The notes beneath the pieces are model-generated. The model searched no databases, was not told the DNA's origin, and worked only from the letters and a program-made list of their open reading frames with translations. 64,000 nt of DNA from an uncultured Acidobacteriota bacterium (GTDB taxonomy: Bacteria > Acidobacteriota > B3-B38 > Guanabaribacteriales > CAZYAF01): assembly GCA_964645975.1 (NCBI GenBank), contig CAZYAF010000005.1, positions 98,681-162,680 on the forward strand. The letters are read 5' to 3'. This document shows, piece after piece, positions 41,559 through 51,773 of this stretch. The stretch's first letter is position 1; each line of letters begins with the position of its first letter. The position numbers and the translations under genes are program-made.

Positions 41559-42668
41559 TTATTCACCAATTTCTTTGAATTCTTCCCTTTCAAAGGTAGA
41601 GATTGGAATTGTTTGTTCTAAATTCTTTCCGGGAAGATAATCGTATACCTTCTGTACCGATTCACCTACCTTTGAGAATATAGTTGAAACAGGAATATCT
41701 GCAGGACAAACATCCGTACATTGACCGCACCCAACACAAGAAATGCTCATATGGATGAGCCGCCCAAGTTGGAAAAATATAGTGCCAGGAGGAACCCTGA
41801 ATCCTTTCTTCCTTTGAAGCTCTCTCTCATAATTAGGAGGTTTGTATTCCTGGGTTTCTGATTCAAAATGACATAAACCGCAATAGCAAATGGGGCAAAC
41901 TTTGCTACATACATGGCACCCTATACATCTCCCAAAGGTATTTATTAATCCGCTCATACCAAAATCTTCAACAGGAGTATTTTCGAAAAGTTTCTTCTTT
42001 TCCGCTGCTCTATTGTTGCGCATAACCTCAAATTCTTTTTCTTCCAACTCGAACTCTTCCCATTTTCCTTCTACGCCTTCAAGCATTTTTTCTGCTTTAT
42101 CACTTTGCAGAAACATCTCACATTTCTCATTGATATTTGTATTGCCAAGCAAAGGAATAATAATATCTGCATTATAGGGGACAAAGTGCTCACAGGCTTT
42201 ACAAGTAGCTCTTATATCGGCGGGAATCTCACCTTTTTTAACTGACTCCAAGTATTGCGGCAGCCTTTCTGGAAGATTATTGGTGCTCATCGCTTGTAAT
42301 GGAAGAACTCCCCCACAGGTAGTGCTAATAACTAAGAGATTTTCCAAGTGTGCCTGATGTCGTTTGGCTAATTCTATTAAAGCCCTCAATTCACAAGGTT
42401 TCACTAACACAGCTATAGGTTCTGGTGAAGGAGCCAATAAAGTATAGCGGGAAAGCATTTGAGCGGCATTTGCTGGCATAATGGGATAAAAGGGTAAAGC
42501 CTCTGTAAGCTCATCAGCATTGGTAAACATATGATAGGATACTGCTCCAGTGTCATTCATTTTTCTCAATGCAAAAACTGCTCTTATTTTTTTATTTTTC
42601 AGCAGAGAGCTCAAGAGTTCCCTAAGACCATTCTCAACACTTTCATTTATTGTTAAAACCTTAGACAT
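41559..42668 (-). CDS. FrhB/FdhB-like iron-sulfur subunit
   Basis: KPCELRALIELAK..Q, TCGG, CKAC, CIGCHVCSKVCPICYC..C, CVGCGQC.DVCP. Confidence 0.85.
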   Translation of the reverse strand: MSKVLTINESVENGLRELLSSLLKNKKIRAVFALRKMNDTGAVSYHMFTNADELTEALPFYPIMPANAAQMLSRYTLLAPSPEPIAVLVKPCELRALIELAKRHQAHLENLLVISTTCGGVLPLQAMSTNNLPERLPQYLESVKKGEIPADIRATCKACEHFVPYNADIIIPLLGNTNINEKCEMFLQSDKAEKMLEGVEGKWEEFELEEKEFEVMRNNRAAEKKKLFENTPVEDFGMSGLINTFGRCIGCHVCSKVCPICYCGLCHFESETQEYKPPNYERELQRKKGFRVPPGTIFFQLGRLIHMSISCVGCGQCTDVCPADIPVSTIFSKVGESVQKVYDYLPGKNLEQTIPISTFEREEFKEIGE

Positions 42669-42669
42669 T

Positions 42670-43806
42670 TTATTTCTCCTGCTTAACATAAGTTTCAACA
42701 TAGGGTTTAATAACATCTTGCAGCTCTTCTTCTTGATAAGCTACTAAAGGAATTGGCTCATCCTTGCTTCTACCCGGGATGTATTCGAAAACCTTCTGGG
42801 CATCTTCTCCCACCAGGCTGAAGATCTGGCTTATCGGAATGTCCATAGGGCAAGCATCCTCACATGTACCACAAGACACGCAGGAAAAGCTCATATGTGA
42901 CATTCTTCCCAGATGGAAGAGAAGTGTATCAGGAGGAAATCGAAGTCCGGATTTGCGCTCTGCTCTCATTAAATAATTTTCTGGTGAGAGTTTAAGAGCA
43001 TCCGAATCAAAATAGCACTGGCGGCAATAGCAAAGAGGACATACTCGCATACAATTATGGCAATTTATGCATTTGCTTAAAGTATCCAAAAGTTTGTCCG
43101 CCTTAAAGACCTTCGATTTTATCTCTTTGCGTTGTTCCTCTTTATTCCGCACTATCATCTGCATTCTTTCATTAACCTTCTCTTCCCAACTATCCAAATC
43201 CTGTGTAGGGGATATATTTAGTTTCTCTAATATCTTTCTGCCTTTAGGGGTCGCTGGGATGAGAAAAATATTATTTTCCTGTGCTCCTAATAATCCAATA
43301 TGTAAATCTGATGATAGCATACTAAAGCTGCTACATATCTTGCAAAGAGGCCTTACTGAATCGCTTTCCCATTCCTGAAGTGCCTGCTCAAAATCTGCAT
43401 CACCTTTAACTGGATCGGCAATATAATCCCCCAAAGGTACTACTCCGGGACAGTCCACGCTTATAAGAAAAATATTTTCCAAATCTATTTGTTCTAACTT
43501 AAATAGTTCAATGGCGGCATTTATTTCACAGGGACGCATGACCACAGCAATTTGCTCCTTTAAGCCTCCGCATCTGGTTAAACTATATAATGCTTTTGCT
43601 CCTTGCACCGGCATAACTGGAGGTAAAGGTGAAGCATTTTCTAAAAGTGATTTATCCTTCACTAAAACCCAAGCAAAAGAATCTCCTGCAGGTACTCTTA
43701 GGGGAATAAGGATGGCATTAAAACTACCACTATCTAAACCTCTTTTCAAGAAATTAAGGATAGATTTTTCCATACCATTCTGCGAATTAAGAATTGCTCC
43801 TTTCAT
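42670..43806 (-). CDS. FrhB/FdhB-like iron-sulfur subunit (paralog)
   Basis: RPCEI.A.IEL.K..Q, DCPG, CKIC, CINCHNCMRVCPLCYC..C, CVSCG.CEDACP. Confidence 0.85.
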   Translation of the reverse strand: MKGAILNSQNGMEKSILNFLKRGLDSGSFNAILIPLRVPAGDSFAWVLVKDKSLLENASPLPPVMPVQGAKALYSLTRCGGLKEQIAVVMRPCEINAAIELFKLEQIDLENIFLISVDCPGVVPLGDYIADPVKGDADFEQALQEWESDSVRPLCKICSSFSMLSSDLHIGLLGAQENNIFLIPATPKGRKILEKLNISPTQDLDSWEEKVNERMQMIVRNKEEQRKEIKSKVFKADKLLDTLSKCINCHNCMRVCPLCYCRQCYFDSDALKLSPENYLMRAERKSGLRFPPDTLLFHLGRMSHMSFSCVSCGTCEDACPMDIPISQIFSLVGEDAQKVFEYIPGRSKDEPIPLVAYQEEELQDVIKPYVETYVKQEK

Positions 43807-44228
43807 GTATCACTCCTTGTTCTCAGTGGATTGGGTCCGAGTTTTTTTATATGGTCATTAAATTCAGCTGCAGTATCGACGAACTTTCTTCCCTCACCGT
43901 GAGCAACAAATCTGAACCATATTCTTTCCTGTTCTAACCCTAAAGTATCAAGAATTGACTTTATTAATGCTACTCTTCTTCTTACTCTATAATTTCCATC
44001 ATTATAATGACAATCGCCAGGATAGCAGCCGCTTATGACCACTCCATCTGCTCCCTCTATGAGCGATCTTATAATATGAACTTGAGAAAGGGAGCCAGTA
44101 CAATTAACTCGAGAAATCATGACATTTTCTGGATATTGCATATGATATGCTGATGCAGTTTCTGCGCCGCCAGTGCCACACCAGCTGCAAAGAAAATAAA
44201 CAATTTTAGGCTCAAAATCTTCTTTCAT
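43803..44228 (-). CDS. MvhD-like 2Fe-2S subunit (divergent copy)
   Basis: FLCSWC, VNCTG, GADGV..SGCYPGDCHY.DGN; ATG 44228 after GAGGAGG. Confidence 0.85.
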   Translation of the reverse strand: MKEDFEPKIVYFLCSWCGTGGAETASAYHMQYPENVMISRVNCTGSLSQVHIIRSLIEGADGVVISGCYPGDCHYNDGNYRVRRRVALIKSILDTLGLEQERIWFRFVAHGEGRKFVDTAAEFNDHIKKLGPNPLRTRSDT

Positions 44229-44315
44229 TTTTCCTCCTCTTTTTAAATCATTCTTTACATCCTTATAACGGTAAGACTCAGAAATAAAAGACAATTTATA
44301 ATTAACTATGTTGCT

Positions 44316-47255
44316 TCAACCTAACAGAACATCGAGGGCAGAAATGGCTTGTGCACCCTTGAAGTCACGAAGCAAAGAGGCATTATTGGGACATATGGCT
44401 ACACAAGAACCACACGAATCACATAAGAAAGGACGAACCACAGCTACTTTTTTAATGCTATCTATATATCGAGCAGAGTAAGGACAAATATCTACACATA
44501 TCCCACATCCCATACAGAGCGATTCCTTTACTTCTGCTACATACATTGCATTAGGAGAAGGTATTCTCTTTTTCCCTAAAAAAGTAAGTGTTCTTCCAAC
44601 AGCATCCCGTGCAGTAAGGATGCACTCTTTAAAATTCCTGGGAGAATGGGCAAGTCCAATTGGGAAAACAGCATTGCTTGCAAGTTCAAATGGTTTGGTT
44701 AACTTTTTAGTTGCTTCTTCAAAAGGGTAAGCAGTAATGTCACTATCAAAAAAGCCATCTTTATCGAGTGGGTATCCCAACAGAGCAGACAATTGCTTAT
44801 TATTCTCACTATCTGGTATGATTGCCGTACTCAATGCTACCAAATCGACGGTCTCGCTGTATTTTTTATTTCCATTTGCAGTAACTATCTCAAGTTTACC
44901 ATCTTTTCTTTTTACTACAGGATAGCTCTCTGGATTAAATCGTACAAATTTCACTCCAGCATCTACTGCCTTTTGATAATAATCCGCTTTCCCATAATTA
45001 GTGATATCCCGATAGAAAATAGTTACTTCCGAGCCATTTTTCCGAAGTGACAACGCATTTTCTAATGCCTGGTTGCAACATACTCTCGAGCAGTAAGGAT
45101 ATTTTTTATCCCGAGAACCTACACATTGAATCATAGCTACCTGCTCAGCAAGTTTCTTTCCATTCATTCTTGCCATCAATTCAGCTTGGGTCATTACTCT
45201 ATCATCTTCTCCATAAAGAAAATCTTTTGGCTTGAATTCCTTCGCTCCGGTAGCAATGGCTATAACTCCTGCTTTTATTAACTGATCTCCTTCTTTGGAA
45301 TTCACAATGGCATGAAAATTTCCCGCATACCCTTCTACATTCTTTAAATTGGAACCCTTAAATATGGTGATATTCGGATGGGTTTCCACTTTTTCTATAA
45401 GTTTATTAATATAATTTTTTTCTTCTGTTTCAAGATATGCTAAGTTTCCACCTAACTTCTCCTCTCGTTCTATCAAGCTCACAGGAAAATCATTCTCTGC
45501 CATCTCAAAAGCAAACGTTAGTCCTGAGATACCACCGCCGATGACAATAACATCGGGTATGATCGTATCAGTTAAAGGAGGAGCTGCTTTTCCTACCCTG
45601 GCACTTTCTACTCCCGATTTTATAAGAGCTAATGCTTTTTTCAACATCTTTTCTTTATCGGTATGAACATTTATCACATCCTCTCTGAATCGGAGGAATT
45701 GAGAAAGCAAGGGATTTAAACCAGCCATCATAACTGCTTTTTGATATTTGAGAAGTTTTTGAAGTGGGGTGCATACTGCGAGAACTACCCTATTTACCCC
45801 TGATTTTTTTATTTTTTCTGCTGTCTCCTTTATCGTAGGAGGAGTACAACATGCAGGAATAATTTCGACATGGGATACACCCGATAAGCTACCAACTTTT
45901 TCCTCAAGAGCTTTCAAATCTATTTTCTCACTAAATTTACCGAAACAACTGCAGATAAAGACTCCTAATCGAACTCTCTCTTTACTTATATCACGAAGAG
46001 CTGGAGGAGTAGGAGGCTTGAAATTCTTGGGACCAAGGTATTTGAGAACTTCAGAAAGGGTAGCACAACCTTCCCATATTGTCTCCGGATTGCCTTTTGC
46101 TCCAGAGAATTCCCCCACCGCAAAAATTCCGTCAACATCTGTTTCTGAGCAGGAAAAAGGTTTGATATGGCAAAAACCATTTTCATCGGCCTTTACACCA
46201 CAAAGCTGCGAGAACTTGTGCATAAGGTTTGGTGGCTTTTGTCCTGTAACTAAAATAGCCAGCTCTACTTCTTTATTACGAATTTGCTCATCTTCTCTGA
46301 ATTCTATAACAGCTTTTTCTCCATCACTCTTGACCTTAACATTTTCGGTCCTCACTACTATTACGCCGTTATCTAAAGCTTTTTCATACCAGCGATAATG
46401 CCCCTTTCCGAATCCTTTATAATCTCTCAGAAAAACAGTAACCTCGGATTCTGGCATAATTTCCTTGATCTTAACCGCTCGATAAATTGCTGCAATACTC
46501 AGGTTATAGTTTTCGTATTCTGCGCCTGATTTGTTAAAATGTGGAGTAATAACAATGCCAAAGCTTTTCGGTATTTCTCCAGATGGCAATCTTACACTGT
46601 CCTTCACAAAATTTGTGAGCAGTGATCTTCCAGCAATTTCAGAATTTTTGATTACGTGAGAGGACTTCCCCCAGGAAAAATCCGTAAGGTCTTCCTCATC
46701 TGGCTCATCAAATTCAGGAGCTAAAATAATTGCTCCCACATCTGCTTCTATTATCTCCTCAGGCCTTTCAAGTTTTAGTGCTCCTGTTGGACAGATTTCT
46801 TCGCATTTTCCACATTCAGTGCAGTGTTCAGAATCGATTAAATATATATTTTCCCAAGCTGCTTCAGGATGCACCCATATCGCTTTCCGGTCTTCAACTT
46901 CCACGGGGCAGACTTCGATACATTTATCACATTCAGTACAGGCAAAATTATTTACTAATTGGTCTCTTTTTTTGAACTTTACTCTAAAATTCCCCACTTT
47001 ACCTGATATACTGAGAATATCTGCATTATAATAATCCTGCAAGCATCCAAGAGCTTTGAATAATCGCTGAGGCATATGACCACATATCCAGCAAAAATCT
47101 AAAGGTAATTGAGATAAAAGCTGATTTTTTTTCTCGTCTACATAGCTGCCTTGATTTAGAAAGATTACTTTATGACCAGCCTTGCATAAAGCATATGCAG
47201 TTCTATAGCCTCCCATATTAGTGCCATAAATAAGTACTGTGCTTTGATTTTCCAT
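44316..47255 (-). CDS. hdrA: HdrA-like flavoprotein / Fe-S protein with two flavin modules
   Basis: Ferredoxin insert (CTECDKC/CTECGKC), GVFICSC, VIGGGISG, QCVGSRD...YCSRVCC, C-terminal 2x CxxCxxCxxxCP. Confidence 0.85.
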   Translation of the reverse strand: MENQSTVLIYGTNMGGYRTAYALCKAGHKVIFLNQGSYVDEKKNQLLSQLPLDFCWICGHMPQRLFKALGCLQDYYNADILSISGKVGNFRVKFKKRDQLVNNFACTECDKCIEVCPVEVEDRKAIWVHPEAAWENIYLIDSEHCTECGKCEEICPTGALKLERPEEIIEADVGAIILAPEFDEPDEEDLTDFSWGKSSHVIKNSEIAGRSLLTNFVKDSVRLPSGEIPKSFGIVITPHFNKSGAEYENYNLSIAAIYRAVKIKEIMPESEVTVFLRDYKGFGKGHYRWYEKALDNGVIVVRTENVKVKSDGEKAVIEFREDEQIRNKEVELAILVTGQKPPNLMHKFSQLCGVKADENGFCHIKPFSCSETDVDGIFAVGEFSGAKGNPETIWEGCATLSEVLKYLGPKNFKPPTPPALRDISKERVRLGVFICSCFGKFSEKIDLKALEEKVGSLSGVSHVEIIPACCTPPTIKETAEKIKKSGVNRVVLAVCTPLQKLLKYQKAVMMAGLNPLLSQFLRFREDVINVHTDKEKMLKKALALIKSGVESARVGKAAPPLTDTIIPDVIVIGGGISGLTFAFEMAENDFPVSLIEREEKLGGNLAYLETEEKNYINKLIEKVETHPNITIFKGSNLKNVEGYAGNFHAIVNSKEGDQLIKAGVIAIATGAKEFKPKDFLYGEDDRVMTQAELMARMNGKKLAEQVAMIQCVGSRDKKYPYCSRVCCNQALENALSLRKNGSEVTIFYRDITNYGKADYYQKAVDAGVKFVRFNPESYPVVKRKDGKLEIVTANGNKKYSETVDLVALSTAIIPDSENNKQLSALLGYPLDKDGFFDSDITAYPFEEATKKLTKPFELASNAVFPIGLAHSPRNFKECILTARDAVGRTLTFLGKKRIPSPNAMYVAEVKESLCMGCGICVDICPYSARYIDSIKKVAVVRPFLCDSCGSCVAICPNNASLLRDFKGAQAISALDVLLG

Positions 47256-47888
47256 TTAAATCCTCTTTATTATTAAGTTTATTTAAAATAATGGACTAAC
47301 TTATCAAATGTTCATAAAATAAAGAAGCATCTATTGAAAAGACGACCGAAAATGGCAAATTGCCCCATATCTTATCAAAGAAGGAACAAATTTTCAAGAA
47401 TTTTTCTCTGGATTTTCCCAAAATATTGCATGATAATATGATTTCTCCAAAAGCAATGAGTTTTATTATGGTTAAATAAAAGCTGTGGGCAGCTTTCCCT
47501 GGTGGTAAAAACTTGTAAGTGGCAGCCATTTAAGGATAGTAGCATACCAACTATCCGGACCTAGTCTAAATTATCAGATTGTAAATAGGGAACAACTTTT
47601 ATATAGCCAGCAGAGAATTAGAGGAGAGATTTTATGATTTAGTTTTGAGATTTCATAAGCAACTTTGGCTTAATTAGCAAAAGCGGATGTTTTCAACACA
47701 CTATAATCTTATAATATTACCAAAGCTAAAAATCTTTTCCTGTTCAACAAGGGAAAAAATAATATACAATTTTTGCCTTTCTATTATCAATTTCCCCTAA
47801 AAATTAAAGAAGAGGATGATTTATGTATCTTAAATTTTTGGGAGCAGTTCTGATTAATTTTGAGTAAGTTAGGAAGGAATAATAGATA

Positions 47889-47976
47889 TGGTGCCGAAGG
47901 CGGGACTCGAACCCGCAAGGGAATAATCCCACTGCCCCCTCAAGACAGCGTGTATACCAAATTCCACCACTTCGGC
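47889..47976 (-). tRNA. tRNA-Leu(GAG)
   Basis: gccgaag...ctgtc-tt-GAG-gg-ggcag, long variable arm, ggttcgagtcc, cttcggcACCA; downstream of secG. Confidence 0.97.
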
Positions 47977-48009
47977 CCTTATATTAAAAAGAGCAAGCTT
48001 TTTTTATAT

Positions 48010-48387
48010 TTATTTTTGCTCGTTATTTTCTTCTGCTTTTTTTGTTTCTTTGGCTTTCTCGCCTGGCGGAGCCTTTTCCTCTTCCTTTTTTTCACCCTCT
48101 TTCTTGGGTGCCACTGTCTCTTCCTGAACTGTTTCCTCTGTCAATATTGGTTTTTCTGAACGAGTATATAGTATTGCCAAGGCAAGCGAAGTTATCATAA
48201 AAATTATAGCCATAGCAGTCGTTAAGCGACTAAGAAATGTCGTCGCTCCACGAGGACCAAAGGCAGTTTTACTCCCGGCGCCACCGAAAGCCCCTGCTAA
48301 ATCTGCTGATTCTCCACTCTGCATCAATACCATCAGAATAAGGACGATGCAAGCGATAACATGTAAAATCACAAAAAAAGTAATCAT
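48010..48387 (-). CDS. secG: Preprotein translocase subunit SecG
   Basis: VLMQSG..ADLAGAFGG.GS..AFG.RGA.TFLSRLT; two TM helices. Confidence 0.96.
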   Translation of the reverse strand: MITFFVILHVIACIVLILMVLMQSGESADLAGAFGGAGSKTAFGPRGATTFLSRLTTAMAIIFMITSLALAILYTRSEKPILTEETVQEETVAPKKEGEKKEEEKAPPGEKAKETKKAEENNEQK

Positions 48388-48493
48388 CTTACTCCCTTTT
48401 TCAAGAATATTCCATTCTCAAGCTTCATACTATGGTATCATTATTTTACTAAAAAACCATCACTTTTTGTATGACTTTTTTAATTCTCAATAA

Positions 48494-49255
48494 CTACTGT
48501 GATGATAATTTAAATTTAACTAAGGCGGCAAATGATGATGACTTAAGACTAGCACCACCCACCAGGGCACCGTCAATATCGGCCTCAGCCATTAAATCAT
48601 TAATATTATTCGGCTTAACACTGCCCCCGTATTGTATTCGTATCTGAAGACCGATTTTTCCGAAAAGAGAACTTAATTGCTGGCGAATATGAGAATGTAT
48701 TTCTTGAGCTTGTTGCGGAGTAGCATTAACTCCGGTACCAATAGCCCATATCGGTTCGTAAGCAATTATTATAAGCTCGGCTTGCCAGGGTTCCAAACCT
48801 TCTAATCCCTCATGAAGTTGTCTCTCAACAATAGCAAGAGTTTTTCCTTTTTTCCGCTCTTCCAGAGTTTCTCCTAAACACATTATTGGTGTCAAATTTG
48901 CTATCAAAGCAGCCTTGATCTTCCGATTTACCAGGCTGTTGTCCTCATAGAAATATTTGCGTCTCTCGGAATGTCCAATTATTACATAACTGCATCCTAT
49001 CTCAATCAGCATTAAGGGAGATATCTCTCCAGTAAAAGCCCCTTTTTCTTCCCAAAATATATTTTGAGCAGCAAGTTTAACATTGCTCCCTTTAATAAGC
49101 TTAGCTGCATCTGCTAAAGAGGTATAGGGTGGCGCTATAATAATATCTCGATCATCAATACCTTCTACCAAAGGAAGAAATTCTTTAATAAAATCCTTAG
49201 TTTCTGAGACAGTTTTGTTCATCTTCCAATTTCCAGCAATAATTGGTCTCCGCAT
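48494..49255 (-). CDS. tpiA: Triosephosphate isomerase
   Basis: IAGNWKMN, GAFTGEIS, IGHSERR, AYEPIWAIGTG, YGGSVKP, LVGGASL. Confidence 0.99.
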   Translation of the reverse strand: MRRPIIAGNWKMNKTVSETKDFIKEFLPLVEGIDDRDIIIAPPYTSLADAAKLIKGSNVKLAAQNIFWEEKGAFTGEISPLMLIEIGCSYVIIGHSERRKYFYEDNSLVNRKIKAALIANLTPIMCLGETLEERKKGKTLAIVERQLHEGLEGLEPWQAELIIIAYEPIWAIGTGVNATPQQAQEIHSHIRQQLSSLFGKIGLQIRIQYGGSVKPNNINDLMAEADIDGALVGGASLKSSSFAALVKFKLSSQ

Positions 49256-49281
49256 CTTTTGACTCCTTCTAATTCTCACCT

Positions 49282-50490
49282 TTATAAGTAAAGATGACTT
49301 AACCTATCACTAAGAGCTTCAATTGCAGGAAGACTCTTACCTGCCAGAAATTCTAATGAAGCTCCGCCGCCTGTGGAGATATGGCTAATCTTATCGGCCA
49401 CACCTGCCTGATGTACTGCAGCTACTGAATCTCCTCCCCCAATAATTGTTGTTCCTTTGCATTTTGCTATTTCCTGAGCAATTGCTTTAGTTCCTTTGGA
49501 AAAGGGCTCCATTTCAAAGACACCCATGGGTCCATTCCAGACTATTGTCTGTGATGTGCCTATAACTTTTGAGAAAGCTTCAACCGTGCTATCACCAATA
49601 TCCATCCCCACCCAATCCGCGGGAATTTCAGAGGCATAAATTTTTTTATAATGGGCATTGGATTCAAATTTTTCTGCCACAATAAAATCAGAGGGAAGTA
49701 TAAAATTGAGTTTCATTGCTTTTGCCTTCTGATAAATTGCTTTTGCAATGTCAAGCTTATCCTCTTCGACAAAGGAATTTCCAACTGAAGTACCTATTGC
49801 CTTCAAAAATGTAAAAGCCATAGCTCCACCGATGAGAAGATTGTCAACTCTATCGAGCAGATTTTCCAATAGTTCAATTTTAGTGGAAACTTTTGCGCCT
49901 CCCAGAATGGCAGTAAATGGTCTCTCAGGATTACTCAATGCAATCCCAAGATATTCTATCTCTTTGGCTAACAGAAAGCCTGCAGCTGATTTCTCCGTAT
50001 ACCTGGTTATTCCTACGGTTGAAGCATGAGCTCGATGTGCAGTTCCAAAGGCATCATTTATGTATATCTTTGCTAATAAAGCCAACTTGCGGGAAAATTC
50101 AGGGTCATTTTCAGTCTCCTCTTTATGAAAACGAAGATTCTCTAATAAAAGAATCTCACCATTAGCTAAATTCTCTGCTAACTGCTTAACTTCCTCGCCA
50201 ATGCAATCAGGCGCCATGATTACCTCATGGCTTATATGCTGAGAAAGACTCCTGGCAACGGGTTTGAGGCTCATTTCTGGTATTTTCTTCCCTTTTGGCC
50301 TTCCTAAATGTGATGCTAATATAATTTTAGCTCCCTGCTTACGTGCATATTGGATAGTTTCGAGGGAAGCAACTATTCGAGTTTCATCGGTAATCTGACC
50401 ATTTTCGTTCAGCGGGACATTGAGGTCTGCCCGAAGAAAAATTTGCTGACCTGCTATATCTAAATCGCTTATACTTAGTTTGCTAAACAT
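49282..50490 (-). CDS. pgk: Phosphoglycerate kinase
   Basis: R.DLNVP, SHLGRP, LLENLRF, DAFGTAHRAHAS, WNGPMGVFE, STGGGASLE. Confidence 0.99.
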   Translation of the reverse strand: MFSKLSISDLDIAGQQIFLRADLNVPLNENGQITDETRIVASLETIQYARKQGAKIILASHLGRPKGKKIPEMSLKPVARSLSQHISHEVIMAPDCIGEEVKQLAENLANGEILLLENLRFHKEETENDPEFSRKLALLAKIYINDAFGTAHRAHASTVGITRYTEKSAAGFLLAKEIEYLGIALSNPERPFTAILGGAKVSTKIELLENLLDRVDNLLIGGAMAFTFLKAIGTSVGNSFVEEDKLDIAKAIYQKAKAMKLNFILPSDFIVAEKFESNAHYKKIYASEIPADWVGMDIGDSTVEAFSKVIGTSQTIVWNGPMGVFEMEPFSKGTKAIAQEIAKCKGTTIIGGGDSVAAVHQAGVADKISHISTGGGASLEFLAGKSLPAIEALSDRLSHLYL

Positions 50491-50510
50491 GGTTATTATT
50501 AACCTTAATA

Positions 50511-51509
50511 TCAGCTATATATATATTTAATTAAATCCTTTATTCGAGCAGAATAACCCCATTCGTTATCATACCAGGCCAGAATTTTAGCAACATTCCC
50601 TTCTATTACTCGTGTAAAGGGAAGGTCTACAATAGCAGAGTGTGGATTTCCATTGAGATCAATAGATACAATATCTTCTTCGCTTACCGCAAGATATCCT
50701 TTAAGCTCTCCCTGGGCAGCTTTTTTGAAAGCCTCGTTTATCTCTTCCGCAGTAGCATTTTTCTCCATATTGACGACTAAATCTACTATGGAAACGTTCG
50801 CAGTAGGTACTCGCATGGCTATGCCATCAAGTTTTCCTCTCAGTTGAGGTAAAACCACACCAGTGGCCTTAGCTGCACCTGTTGTAGTAGGTATTATGGA
50901 AAGGCCAGCTGTTCGCGCTCGTCTAAAATCCTTATGTGGCAAATCAAGAATCCGTTGGTCACTGGTATAGGAATGCACAGTGGTCATCCATCCTGACTTG
51001 AAGCCAAAAATGTCAAGTATCACTTTAGCAACGGGAGCAAGACAGTTTGTTGTGCAGGAGGCGTTGGATATTATACGATGATTATCGCGATCCAGGTCTT
51101 TTTCATTAACACCCAGCACTATAGTAATGTCAGGCTCCTTGGCTGGAGCACTTATAACGACTTTTTCTGCACCTGCATTAAGATGCTTGCTGGCAGATGC
51201 TCGATCGCGAAAAAGTCCGGTAGATTCCACTACTAATTGTACTCCTAAATCCTTCCAGGGAAGATTTGCTGGATCGCGTTCGGAGAGCACTTTTATTTTC
51301 TTATCATTTATTACCATGTACTCCCCTTCAAACCTGACTTCCCCATCATAAATACCATGAACAGAATCATATTTAAATAAATGCGCTAAGGTAGCAGCAT
51401 TGGTAATATCATTTATTGCTACAAAATCAAGGTCATTATCATTTATGGCTATTCTTAGAAAATTCCTCCCAATTCGCCCGAAACCATTTATGCCTATTTT
51501 TATTGCCAT
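50511..51509 (-). CDS. gap: Type I glyceraldehyde-3-phosphate dehydrogenase
   Basis: GINGFGRIGR, SNASCTTNCLAP, WYDNEWGYS. Confidence 0.99.
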   Translation of the reverse strand: MAIKIGINGFGRIGRNFLRIAINDNDLDFVAINDITNAATLAHLFKYDSVHGIYDGEVRFEGEYMVINDKKIKVLSERDPANLPWKDLGVQLVVESTGLFRDRASASKHLNAGAEKVVISAPAKEPDITIVLGVNEKDLDRDNHRIISNASCTTNCLAPVAKVILDIFGFKSGWMTTVHSYTSDQRILDLPHKDFRRARTAGLSIIPTTTGAAKATGVVLPQLRGKLDGIAMRVPTANVSIVDLVVNMEKNATAEEINEAFKKAAQGELKGYLAVSEEDIVSIDLNGNPHSAIVDLPFTRVIEGNVAKILAWYDNEWGYSARIKDLIKYIYS

Positions 51510-51773
51510 TTTATCTTCCCCTTCCTTATTAAAGGTAATGTATTTGCGATAGCGTGTAAATAATAGTAAAATACTAAAGCAAAGTCAAACTGTTTTTATA
51601 TTTATCTCACTTATCCTTTTTTTACTTTCAGAGATGCTTTAGCTGTAATAAAATAATCTGAAATATAGTATAAAAATCTACAAAAATACTATTTATCGGA
51701 TATAATATTTATCGCATGAAGTAATGGTAAAAAAGCACATAAAAAATATTATTATAGTACTAAACAAAAAAAA

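Noticed and set aside
45769-46398. 209-aa plus-strand ORF and the many other short antisense ORFs in the track
   Set aside because: They lie fully opposite well-supported genes and have no motifs of their own.
47296-47880. 77-aa ORF and a GGATAGT/ACTATCC hairpin upstream of hdrA as a gene or riboswitch
   Set aside because: No recognisable protein motif or riboswitch consensus; a single 7-bp stem is not enough evidence.
47860-48159. 99-aa plus-strand ORF
   Set aside because: Antisense to tRNA-Leu and secG; a shadow ORF.
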